A DNA stretch of 64,000 nucleotides from Dehalococcoidia bacterium (GTDB taxonomy: Bacteria > Chloroflexota > Dehalococcoidia > Plut-88900): NCBI GenBank assembly GCA_965249275.1, contig CBDFLQ010000007.1, positions 256,001-320,000 on the forward strand. Direction: 5' to 3'. Both the position numbers and the translations under genes were made by a program. A model generated the notes under the pieces. The model did not search any database and was not told where the DNA came from. It worked only from the letters and a program-made list of their open reading frames with translations. Below are positions 10,004 to 18,552 of this stretch, in pieces (the first letter of the stretch is position 1; every line of letters begins with the position of its first letter).

Positions 10004-11662
10004 CTAAATGTTCAACTCCTTCACCACTTCCCCGTTGTCTTCCCCATCCGGCAGACCCAGCAGCTCGTCCTTGAACTGTATGTCCCTCACGGCCCGAGCC
10101 AGCTTGGCTTCGACTCGGCGGGAAGACCAACCTTCCGACATTACCTGAATGAGAGGAGCATGTAGTCGCCCCGACCTCCTCTTCTGCTCGTACTCGATGT
10201 TCAGCCCCGACAACGCTTCATCGATGGCTCTGCCAAGCCTAAGCGCCGCCTCATCGGCAACCGGGTTCTCCTTGAATTCCAGCTGCAACGCGTACCGGGA
10301 CTCCTCGGCCCGACCCACCGCACGGTAATATTCGACCTTAACACCCACAGATGCCTGTGCTTCCGACACAGCCTGGATCAATTGCGACACATGCAGCTTT
10401 TCGCCCTCTAGGTTCACCATGTCCCGGCCCTTTCGCAGGAACTCCAACATCGGCGTCCCGTTGTGGAATCCCGATACCCGCACAACGTCGTTGATGTCGT
10501 ACCGGTATAGGCCGTTGGGCGAGGTGATCAGGACGTAGTAGCTCTCACCGTCCTCCAGTTCCCCGACCGTCAGGACGCTTGGAGCGTCGCTTTCAATCTC
10601 ACCCTCTGTGATGAACTCGTAGAAATTGGCCCCAAGGGTCGGGATGCCCCTGCATCCATCATCCTCGATAGGTAGGGTCACGTACGCCTCACTTGATAGA
10701 TACCCGATGTCCCGGAATGGCGTTCCCTGCTGGAACCATGGCCGCAGCCTATCCACAGTCGATCCCACGCTCCCTCCCTTCCAGCACCCGACCAACGCAA
10801 GCTCGGGCCAATAGCCTTCCGGCCTCAGCGACCCCGAGTTAGCCACCATCCTCTCCAACGTACTAGCCCGCTTCGGGTTCGGCCTAAGCTGGGCCTTCAC
10901 TTCCTCACGCACCCCCTCTGAGATATCAAATTCTCTGGAAAGAGAGCCATCGTGGATGTCCTTTATCAGCCGGTCCCGGTACCTGTCCGCGGTCGTGATA
11001 AGCCGCAGGATAGTGCTGGGGTTGGGCGTAGCCACCAGGGAAACACGTTGCTCTATGGCAAACCGCATGATCGCGTAGTATTTCGCCTCAAAGTCCTTGA
11101 TGGTGAACACGGGGTAGGGGACCGCATAACGCCGGCGTATGACCCAGGATGCTTTCTTGTATATGTTCCCGGAAGCCGACCCGAAGGGAATGCCGCTCTC
11201 CGTATGGCCCTCTACGGCCGGACTCACAATCACCAGCGCCTTGTGATCGAGCACCTTGGGATGGTCCACGAGACATCGATATAGCCAGAGCCGAGACAGC
11301 CGTTTGGACATGCGCCCCGTGGCACGTGTCACGGGGATGGACTTAGGCTGTCCGGACGTACCGCTCGTCAGCGCGAACATATACGGATCTTCGGCGGTCA
11401 GGACGCCGCGCTCTCCCCACTTCACCTTGTCGACCCACGGGCGGAATGACTCATAGTCAGCGATGAGCACGCAGCCCTGGTAATCTTCCACCGACCGCAT
11501 CGACGAAAAACCGTGTTCCCTCCCGTACGCCGTGTCTCGGTTAGTTCTCAGGATACGTCGAAGGAGCTTCCACTGGGCTTCCTCCGGGTGCTTGGTAATA
11601 TTCTCGAACCTGCTCCACGACCACCGCCCCTTCAGCCCCGACAGTTGAGAGACGAAGGACAT
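10004..11662 (-). CDS. GH3-family acyl-adenylate/amido synthetase
   Basis: NRDTAYGREHGF, P-loop TSGTSGQPKSIP, GYLSSEA, GLYRYDINDVV, GEKL motifs. Confidence 0.92.
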   Translation of the reverse strand: MSFVSQLSGLKGRWSWSRFENITKHPEEAQWKLLRRILRTNRDTAYGREHGFSSMRSVEDYQGCVLIADYESFRPWVDKVKWGERGVLTAEDPYMFALTSGTSGQPKSIPVTRATGRMSKRLSRLWLYRCLVDHPKVLDHKALVIVSPAVEGHTESGIPFGSASGNIYKKASWVIRRRYAVPYPVFTIKDFEAKYYAIMRFAIEQRVSLVATPNPSTILRLITTADRYRDRLIKDIHDGSLSREFDISEGVREEVKAQLRPNPKRASTLERMVANSGSLRPEGYWPELALVGCWKGGSVGSTVDRLRPWFQQGTPFRDIGYLSSEAYVTLPIEDDGCRGIPTLGANFYEFITEGEIESDAPSVLTVGELEDGESYYVLITSPNGLYRYDINDVVRVSGFHNGTPMLEFLRKGRDMVNLEGEKLHVSQLIQAVSEAQASVGVKVEYYRAVGRAEESRYALQLEFKENPVADEAALRLGRAIDEALSGLNIEYEQKRRSGRLHAPLIQVMSEGWSSRRVEAKLARAVRDIQFKDELLGLPDGEDNGEVVKELNI

Positions 11663-11664
11663 AT

Positions 11665-13545
11665 CTAGCCTCCGCTTTTCACCTTCACAATGTCGTCCGC
11701 GAGTCTTTCAAGGATGTCGTCGTCAACCTCAACCCCCAGCCCCGTACCCAAGACCAGGCCCCCTCTTCCCTCGTACCCAAACATCACCGGGTCCCGGGTG
11801 AGATCCTCAGTCAGCAGGTGCGTCCCGAACGACCCTTCCACGTACTCAACTGCCGGCAAATGTGCCACGAGATGCCGCCCCGCCGCCGACAACAACGATG
11901 TCTCCCCAACCTGCGCCCCCACCTGCACCTTAACCCCTGCCTCCAATCCAAGTTCCGCTATCCGCAACGAAGAGATTAACCCTCCGCACTTCGATGCCCG
12001 GACGTTGAACACGTCACACGCCTGTTCTCGGATGAGGTTGACAGCATCATCAAAGGTGACCAGCGACTCATCGGCAATGACGTTGAGGCCGGTCTCTTGC
12101 CGGACTCGCCGCATGCCTTCCAAATTCGAGGCGGCCACCGGTTGCTCCACAGCAGTTATGTCAAACATCCGTAGCTGGTTCAAAGCCGAACCAGCCTCGG
12201 GGCCCGACCAGGCGCCGTTAGCATCCACCCTGATATCTACATCTTTTCCGGCAACATCCCTGACCGCCTGCAGCCTCTCAACGTCCTTCTCCACACCCAC
12301 CTTTACTTTAAGATTCGTAAACCCGGCTTGCATATACCGTTCCGCCGTGGCACGCGCTATCTGCGGGTCAGTCGCATCTATCAGGCCGGTGTACGTCACA
12401 TGCCCTCTGACCGGCCCCAGCCACGAGGCAATAGATTCCCCGGAACGCTTGAAAGCCCAGTCCAGCAAGGCCAGCTCCAAGGCGCACATCGTTGCGTTCC
12501 AGGCCACAACACCGGTGCCTTTCGAAAGGCGTTCAGCCCACTCCCCCACAAAAGACCCTATCTGTTCCACAGCCCCCACGCCCGACCCAAACTCCAGCTT
12601 CATCACCTCCGGCCCAATCCTGCTCTTCAGTGCTTCGACCACCCCGGCCACGTCCTCCCCGGTAACATAGGCCCTCGGCAACCCCTCCCCATACCCCCTT
12701 GACCCGTCACTCCCCGTTAGCCGGACAACTACTGAATCGCTGGTCGAGCGGCTCGTCTTGGAGTGCACGAAGGCTCGATTAAACGGGATGTGCAAAGGAA
12801 ATACTTCCAGGCTCACGATCCTGCTCGGCCCCGGCCTCCGACCCAGCTTGGACCCGAGGGGGAAATAACGTTTCAGCACAACGTTACGCACAAACGTCCT
12901 GCTCAGTATCTGTTCCACTTCATCGGGCCGGAACCCGTAGTAAGAAATGTAACCCTGAAGTGTTCGCTTCCCTTCTTCTGCGTGCCGGACATCCACTTCT
13001 CCATGCAGCGTGAACCACTGCACCGCCTCCACTGAAAGCCCGTAGTGCCCGGTCATCGACTCCGCTATCCCGTCGCTCGCCCGAGACAGGAACAGCTCGA
13101 ATGCAACGGTTTCCAGCAGCATCGAGAGTCCCAGGTCTCGGAGACTCTCATACGGCACCCTCCCCGACCCAAACTCCCGTCGAGCCTCGTCCGCCTCGGC
13201 ATTGAGCCGTATTACGTCGGCTTCGGAAAACCCGATACCCCTGGCTAGGTCTATCAGCATCTCCGGGTGCGCCTTTTCTCCCTCGTACAGCCCCATCTCC
13301 TCCATCAGGTTCCCCTTAACCATGTCCGCAGCGTCCCGTGGCGCGACAGCGAACAAAAATGAAAGTATCTGCACAGAGTTCAGGTGCGTGACAATGAAGC
13401 TACGGAAGAACTCGCGCAGGTCTTCTCGGGCCATATCGCCCGACAGTATGGCTAGCACTCGAGAATCGGCTAGAGCCTCGGTGGTAGTCCCTTCCAGGGT
13501 CTTCTTAATTGTGTTCTCAATCGAATTATGTAATGTGTCTGGCAA
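11665..13545 (-). CDS. Fusion: heme-oxygenase-like diiron oxidase (N-term) + MLE-subgroup enolase (C-term)
   Basis: N-term EE..H..E..HxxxDxxH (E83,H93,E150,H181,D185,H188); C-term KVK, RVDANG, EQP, ADES, NVRASKCGG, EGS. Confidence 0.88.
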   Translation of the reverse strand: MPDTLHNSIENTIKKTLEGTTTEALADSRVLAILSGDMAREDLREFFRSFIVTHLNSVQILSFLFAVAPRDAADMVKGNLMEEMGLYEGEKAHPEMLIDLARGIGFSEADVIRLNAEADEARREFGSGRVPYESLRDLGLSMLLETVAFELFLSRASDGIAESMTGHYGLSVEAVQWFTLHGEVDVRHAEEGKRTLQGYISYYGFRPDEVEQILSRTFVRNVVLKRYFPLGSKLGRRPGPSRIVSLEVFPLHIPFNRAFVHSKTSRSTSDSVVVRLTGSDGSRGYGEGLPRAYVTGEDVAGVVEALKSRIGPEVMKLEFGSGVGAVEQIGSFVGEWAERLSKGTGVVAWNATMCALELALLDWAFKRSGESIASWLGPVRGHVTYTGLIDATDPQIARATAERYMQAGFTNLKVKVGVEKDVERLQAVRDVAGKDVDIRVDANGAWSGPEAGSALNQLRMFDITAVEQPVAASNLEGMRRVRQETGLNVIADESLVTFDDAVNLIREQACDVFNVRASKCGGLISSLRIAELGLEAGVKVQVGAQVGETSLLSAAGRHLVAHLPAVEYVEGSFGTHLLTEDLTRDPVMFGYEGRGGLVLGTGLGVEVDDDILERLADDIVKVKSGG

Positions 13546-13568
13546 AAATGTTCACTTTCCTAACCGAC

Positions 13569-15779
13569 TCACGCGTCCGAAAGTCTCCCCTCTTGGCGCA
13601 GGTGTATCCGGGCTAACTTCAACTCCTCGTAATCAAACTCGTCCCCTAAACGCTCCTTCACAGGCCCGAGCAAGGCGCTGCCCGACTCCCGAAACGCTTC
13701 TTCGATAATGCCCAATCTTCCAGGCTCGGGGGCAACATGGGTCAGGTCCAACCGAAATCCCTGGTAGGTAATGCGTTCCATGTGCCCGATAACGGTGTTC
13801 CTGGCCAGACCCCGCTCGTTGGCTATCTGGTCGATTGACAGTCCTTGCGCCAGCATCTCTCTTGTAGTTTCGTGGGTGCCGCTAAGGGGTCCCCCGCGCG
13901 AATATCCGTTACGGTTTGCGCCCCCATTCCGAGGCGCCAGTGCCAGGAGTTCAGCGCCCGTCGGCACTTCCACGTTGTTCGCCTCAACGTACTCCTTGAT
14001 GACGCTGACGAACTCAGGGCCGTACTCCTGCAGCTTCACCTCCCCAACCCCGTGCATCCGAGAAAACTCCTCTTTGCTGCACGGGTAAGCTGCAGCCATG
14101 TGGCGCAGGGAGACGTCGCCGAATACAACGTAAGGCGGGACTCCGCGTTCCTCGGCCAGCCGCTTCCGCAGGGCACGCAGCTCTTGAAAAAGGTCTTCAT
14201 CGTATTTGAACGCATCGCCACCGGGCCTCGACCTCCCAGCTCGTCTGTCCATTGTCGGCTTGACCAATGTTAGCGACTCCCGTTGCTTGAGGAACGCCCA
14301 GCCCTCGGGGGAGAGGGAAAGGGTAGGATAGTCTCCTTCGTTTCGGACCAGCAGTCCCTTCGCCTGAATCTGGCCGAAGACCTCCTTGAGTTGACGCTTG
14401 CTGAAGTCTTTGACAATGCCGTAAACGCTCAATTGGTCGTGCCCCAATGCCAACACCCGCTTGTCCCGGCTCCCGACCAGCACGTCGATCACATGGTTCG
14501 CCCCGAACCTCTCGTCGGTCCGCACTACCGCCGAGAGTACCTTCTGAGCGACTTCCGTGGCGTCGAACCTATTGTCGGTATCGATGCAGATGTCACATGC
14601 CCCGCAGTCTTCCTCCTCCCATTCCTCTCCGAAATATCTGAGCAGGAATCGCCGTCGGCAGGTCGGAAGCTGGGCGTATTCCACCATCTTGTCCAGCTTC
14701 TGCTGGGCGTTGCGCCGCTCCCTCTCATCTTCCATCTGCCCGATGAAATACTCCTGCTTCACCCTGTCCCCGAGAGTGAAGAAGAGGACGCAGTCACTTG
14801 GCAGCCCGTCCCTCCCGGCCCGGCCCGTTTCCTGGTAGTAACCCTCCACCGACTTCGGCAGATTATGATGCACGACGAGCCGCACATCCGGTTTGTCGAT
14901 GCCCATGCCAAAAGCGATAGTCGCAACGATGATGGGAACCCTGTCCCGTATGAAGTCATCCTGGGTCTGCCTCCGGAGTTCGGGCGTCAGTCCCGCATGG
15001 TATGGAAGGGCGGGAAAACCCTGTCCGTTCAGCTTACGAGCCAAGTCCTCAGTCTCCTGGCGCGAGAAGCAATAGATGATGACCGACTGGTCCCGATGCT
15101 TTTCAAGGAGTGAGATCAGCTCACCCCAGGAGTCTGTCTTGGGCCGCACCGAGTAGCTGAGGTTCGCCCTGTTGAAGCTCGACAGGTACACCCGACCCCG
15201 CTCCAGCCCCAGCTGCTGGACGATGTCCTCCCGCACCTTCTCGGTGGCGGTTGCTGTCAGGGCAATCACCGGCACCGACGGAAAGTCCCGCCTCAGGTCC
15301 AGCAGGTTGCGGTAATCCGGCCGAAACTCGTGACCCCACTCGGAGATGCAGTGAGCCTCATCAATGGCGATTAAACTCAGGTCCAACTCTTGAAGAAACC
15401 GTCGAAACAGAGGCGCAGGCAGACGTTCGGGCGCCACGTACAGGAGCTTAACTAATCCGGCCTTTACTTCGCTCTGCACTCGATCTATTTCCTTCCAGGA
15501 CAGGGAGCTGTTGATAAACCGGGCGGCTATCCCGTTGGCATTCAGCGCGTCTACCTGGTCCTTCATCAGGGCAATCAGCGGAGAGACCACCAACGTGACT
15601 CCTTCGAATATCAGTGCAGGCAGTTGATAACAGAGCGACTTACCACCACCCGTTGGCATCAGCGCAAGGCTGTCCCGTCCAGCGAGGACATTGCCGATTA
15701 TCTCGCCCTGCGGTGCCCAGAAGCTGTCATAACCGAAGCGCGACCTCAGGACGGCAAGTGTATCGACAGCGATGTTCAT
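13569..15779 (-). CDS. recQ: ATP-dependent DNA helicase RecQ
   Basis: MPTGGGKSLCYQLP, DEAHCISEWGHEFRP, QETGRAGRDG, Zn-binding, RQC, HRDC and C-terminal HTH regions. Confidence 0.97.
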   Translation of the reverse strand: MNIAVDTLAVLRSRFGYDSFWAPQGEIIGNVLAGRDSLALMPTGGGKSLCYQLPALIFEGVTLVVSPLIALMKDQVDALNANGIAARFINSSLSWKEIDRVQSEVKAGLVKLLYVAPERLPAPLFRRFLQELDLSLIAIDEAHCISEWGHEFRPDYRNLLDLRRDFPSVPVIALTATATEKVREDIVQQLGLERGRVYLSSFNRANLSYSVRPKTDSWGELISLLEKHRDQSVIIYCFSRQETEDLARKLNGQGFPALPYHAGLTPELRRQTQDDFIRDRVPIIVATIAFGMGIDKPDVRLVVHHNLPKSVEGYYQETGRAGRDGLPSDCVLFFTLGDRVKQEYFIGQMEDERERRNAQQKLDKMVEYAQLPTCRRRFLLRYFGEEWEEEDCGACDICIDTDNRFDATEVAQKVLSAVVRTDERFGANHVIDVLVGSRDKRVLALGHDQLSVYGIVKDFSKRQLKEVFGQIQAKGLLVRNEGDYPTLSLSPEGWAFLKQRESLTLVKPTMDRRAGRSRPGGDAFKYDEDLFQELRALRKRLAEERGVPPYVVFGDVSLRHMAAAYPCSKEEFSRMHGVGEVKLQEYGPEFVSVIKEYVEANNVEVPTGAELLALAPRNGGANRNGYSRGGPLSGTHETTREMLAQGLSIDQIANERGLARNTVIGHMERITYQGFRLDLTHVAPEPGRLGIIEEAFRESGSALLGPVKERLGDEFDYEELKLARIHLRQEGRLSDA

Positions 15780-16011
15780 GGAGTGAAAAGCCTAACTCTC
15801 GAGATCGACCAAGGGAACTAATGGAATATTACCCTTAATGCAACTTGGAAAGAAGCTTGGCTGCCGGGATGCACCACGAAGGTTCCGGCGTGATCGAGTA
15901 GTTCGAACCATCTATTGAGTCATCCCAGCCACCCGACCTCCACACACTCACCCCTATATAATACCGACAAGCAAGCATTGTCCCGGCAAATGTTCGTTAA
16001 GGCGTACAACG

Positions 16012-17274
16012 ATGCCCCAAGACCCCCTAGATAAAGGCCCAGGCCCCCTCACCGGCGTAAGAGTCCTCGACTTTACCAGGGCTCTGGCGGGCCCTTTCTG
16101 TACCCGGCTCCTCTGCGACCTGGGAGCCGAGGTGATCAAGATCGAACCCCCGCCCGGCGACCAGTCCCGAGACTTCATGTACGTAACCGAGGAGGGCATC
16201 AGCGGTTACTTCATGCAGCACAATGTCGGGAAAAAAGGCTTGTGTATCGACCTGCGCTTGCCCTCCGGCATCGCGCTTGCGAAGGCGCTGGCAGATCTCT
16301 CCGACGTGGTTGTCGAGAACTACAGGCCCGGTGTCATGGGCCGCCTTGGGCTCGACTACCCCACCCTTACCAAGACTAATCCCGGACTCGTGATGTGCTC
16401 CATATCGGGATACGGGCAGGAAGGCAGCTACGTCCATAGGCCCGCTGCCGATCACACTGCCCAGGCCATGAGCGGCGTAGCACATCTCAACGGAGACCCC
16501 GATGGCCGCCCTCGACTCGTCGGGACCGCTGTAGGCGACACAGTAGGAGGAGCCCATGCCTTCGGGGCCATCTGCGCCGCTCTATACAGGCGGGCCGTAA
16601 CCCAAAAGGGCGAATACATAGACCTCTCCCTGGTCGACAGCCTGATTTGGCAGAACGAGTGGGCCTTCGAGTATCGCCTCCTGAGCGGTGGCCGGGACCT
16701 CCCAAAGAAAAGCCGACCAGTGGTTAACGTACATGGCATCTACAAGGCCCGGGACGGCTACATCACACTCGCCGCTGTTACTCAGGAGGGATGGGAGAAC
16801 CTGACGAGAGTCATGGAAAAGCCTGCATTGGCCTCCGACCCTCGATTCCTCACTCCACGGGACAGAGAGCTTCGCTGGAAAGACGTAGACCGGATCATCG
16901 AAGACTGGGTGATGACCTTCCCCTCGGCCCGAGCCGCCGTCCACGCTTTTACCGACGTCGGAGGTCTGGTAGGCAGCGAAGTGCTCTCCGTCCCGGACGT
17001 CTTGGAAGACCCTCGCATGGAGGAAAGAGGCCTGTTAGCTGATGTGGTAGATCCAGTCCTCGGGCCTGTGAAGGTGCTCAACTCGCCTTTCAAGTTCGCC
17101 GGGTCCATGTCCGGGCCCCGAGCCCACGCGCCCTTACGCGGTGAGCACACCGTCGCCGTCCTCCGCGACCTGTTGGGACTGTCAAGGGAGCGAGTCTTGG
17201 AGTTGATGGGAGAAGGCGCAGTTATCATCGAAGAGCGTGCCGTCGAAGCGGCCTTACGAGACCTGGGCGTTTAA
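16012..17274 (+). CDS. CaiB/BaiF family (class III) CoA-transferase
   Basis: GPLTGVRVLDF..AGPF..DLGAEVIKIEPP, ENYRPG, catalytic Asp in 'VGDTVGG'. Confidence 0.93.
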   Translation: MPQDPLDKGPGPLTGVRVLDFTRALAGPFCTRLLCDLGAEVIKIEPPPGDQSRDFMYVTEEGISGYFMQHNVGKKGLCIDLRLPSGIALAKALADLSDVVVENYRPGVMGRLGLDYPTLTKTNPGLVMCSISGYGQEGSYVHRPAADHTAQAMSGVAHLNGDPDGRPRLVGTAVGDTVGGAHAFGAICAALYRRAVTQKGEYIDLSLVDSLIWQNEWAFEYRLLSGGRDLPKKSRPVVNVHGIYKARDGYITLAAVTQEGWENLTRVMEKPALASDPRFLTPRDRELRWKDVDRIIEDWVMTFPSARAAVHAFTDVGGLVGSEVLSVPDVLEDPRMEERGLLADVVDPVLGPVKVLNSPFKFAGSMSGPRAHAPLRGEHTVAVLRDLLGLSRERVLELMGEGAVIIEERAVEAALRDLGV

Positions 17275-17294
17275 TACCTCGAGCCGGAGGAGCC

Positions 17295-18512
17295 ATGAAA
17301 CAAGAGAGCCTCGTCCAGGACGAAGAACGGGTTATCACCGACGAAATGCTGGCTTTGGCCCGCAGCCGCATCGGTGTCCCGATGAAGGTACACGTTCCTT
17401 TCAATGAGTTCGTTACCGTGGACGCCATTAGGCACTTCGCCCACGGCACCGGCGACGACAACCCCCTTTACTGCGACGGGAACTACGGCGCCAAGACCCG
17501 ATGGGGCAACACGATTGCCCCTCCCCTCTTCTACAGAAGCACAGGCAACCCCGAGCCCCGAGACTGGAGCAAGGAAGACAGTGTCAGGGCCCGGGACCCC
17601 CTCAGTGGCATCCACTCCTGGTACGTGGGCGAGACCATCCACTTGCTCCGGCCCATCTTCCCAGGCGACCAGCTATTCGCCCGACGTTTTCGCCAGGACC
17701 TCCTCGAAAAGCGGAGCTCCTTTACCGGCGGCCGAGCAGTCATAGAGGTAGTTCGACAGGAGTTCAGAAACCAGCGCGGAGAATTGGTGGTCGTGGCAGA
17801 CGAGAAAGAGTTCCGCGGAGGCCGGCAAAAGAAGTGGGGGGAGCGAACGAAATACGCCCACTATGAGCGCCAGAGCTACACTCCGGAGGACCTCGAAACC
17901 CTTGACCGCGCCTACGAGTCGGAAGCGAGAAGAGGCGGCTCTCTGCGATACTGGGAGAACGTAGTCCAAGGTGAGGCATTGCCTTTCCTCGTGAAGGGCC
18001 CCCTCACCGTCACCGACATGGTCAACTGGAAAATGGGTGGTGGCTTGGCCATGCTGTTCCACGGCGCCCACCGCCTAGCCTATCAGTGGCGCAAAGCCCA
18101 CCCCCGAGCCTATGTTACTAACGCCGACGGTATCCCCGACATAGCAGAATCGGTGCACTGGGACGAGCATATAGCCCGTCTCACCGGAAACCCTTACCCC
18201 TACGACTTCGGAGAGCAAAGGGTGGCTTGGCTCACCCACCTCATCACGGAATGGATGGGGGACGACGCTTGGCTCCTCTCTCTTGAAAGCCAAGTCCGCC
18301 GCTTTGTCTACATAGGGGATACTGTCTGGATCAAAGGTGAGGTGACGGATAAAGAGGTCAGAGACGGCGAGCACCGAGTGACGATCAACGTGAAGGCAGA
18401 AGACCACCGGAATGAAGTAACCGCCATCGGCACCGCGACGGTCCTCCTCCCATCCCGAGCCGAAGGCCCCGTGACCCTTCCACCGAAACTGAAGCTGGCC
18501 TCGGCAGGTTAG
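17295..18512 (+). CDS. Double hot-dog (MaoC-like) acyl-CoA dehydratase
   Basis: DAIRHFA.GTGDDNPLY, IAPP, VHWD..A...G.PYPYD, WMGDD motifs. Confidence 0.85.
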   Translation: MKQESLVQDEERVITDEMLALARSRIGVPMKVHVPFNEFVTVDAIRHFAHGTGDDNPLYCDGNYGAKTRWGNTIAPPLFYRSTGNPEPRDWSKEDSVRARDPLSGIHSWYVGETIHLLRPIFPGDQLFARRFRQDLLEKRSSFTGGRAVIEVVRQEFRNQRGELVVVADEKEFRGGRQKKWGERTKYAHYERQSYTPEDLETLDRAYESEARRGGSLRYWENVVQGEALPFLVKGPLTVTDMVNWKMGGGLAMLFHGAHRLAYQWRKAHPRAYVTNADGIPDIAESVHWDEHIARLTGNPYPYDFGEQRVAWLTHLITEWMGDDAWLLSLESQVRRFVYIGDTVWIKGEVTDKEVRDGEHRVTINVKAEDHRNEVTAIGTATVLLPSRAEGPVTLPPKLKLASAG

Positions 18513-18552
18513 TCTCTAACATACCGGCGGTAGAGGATCCTTTGTGATGACA

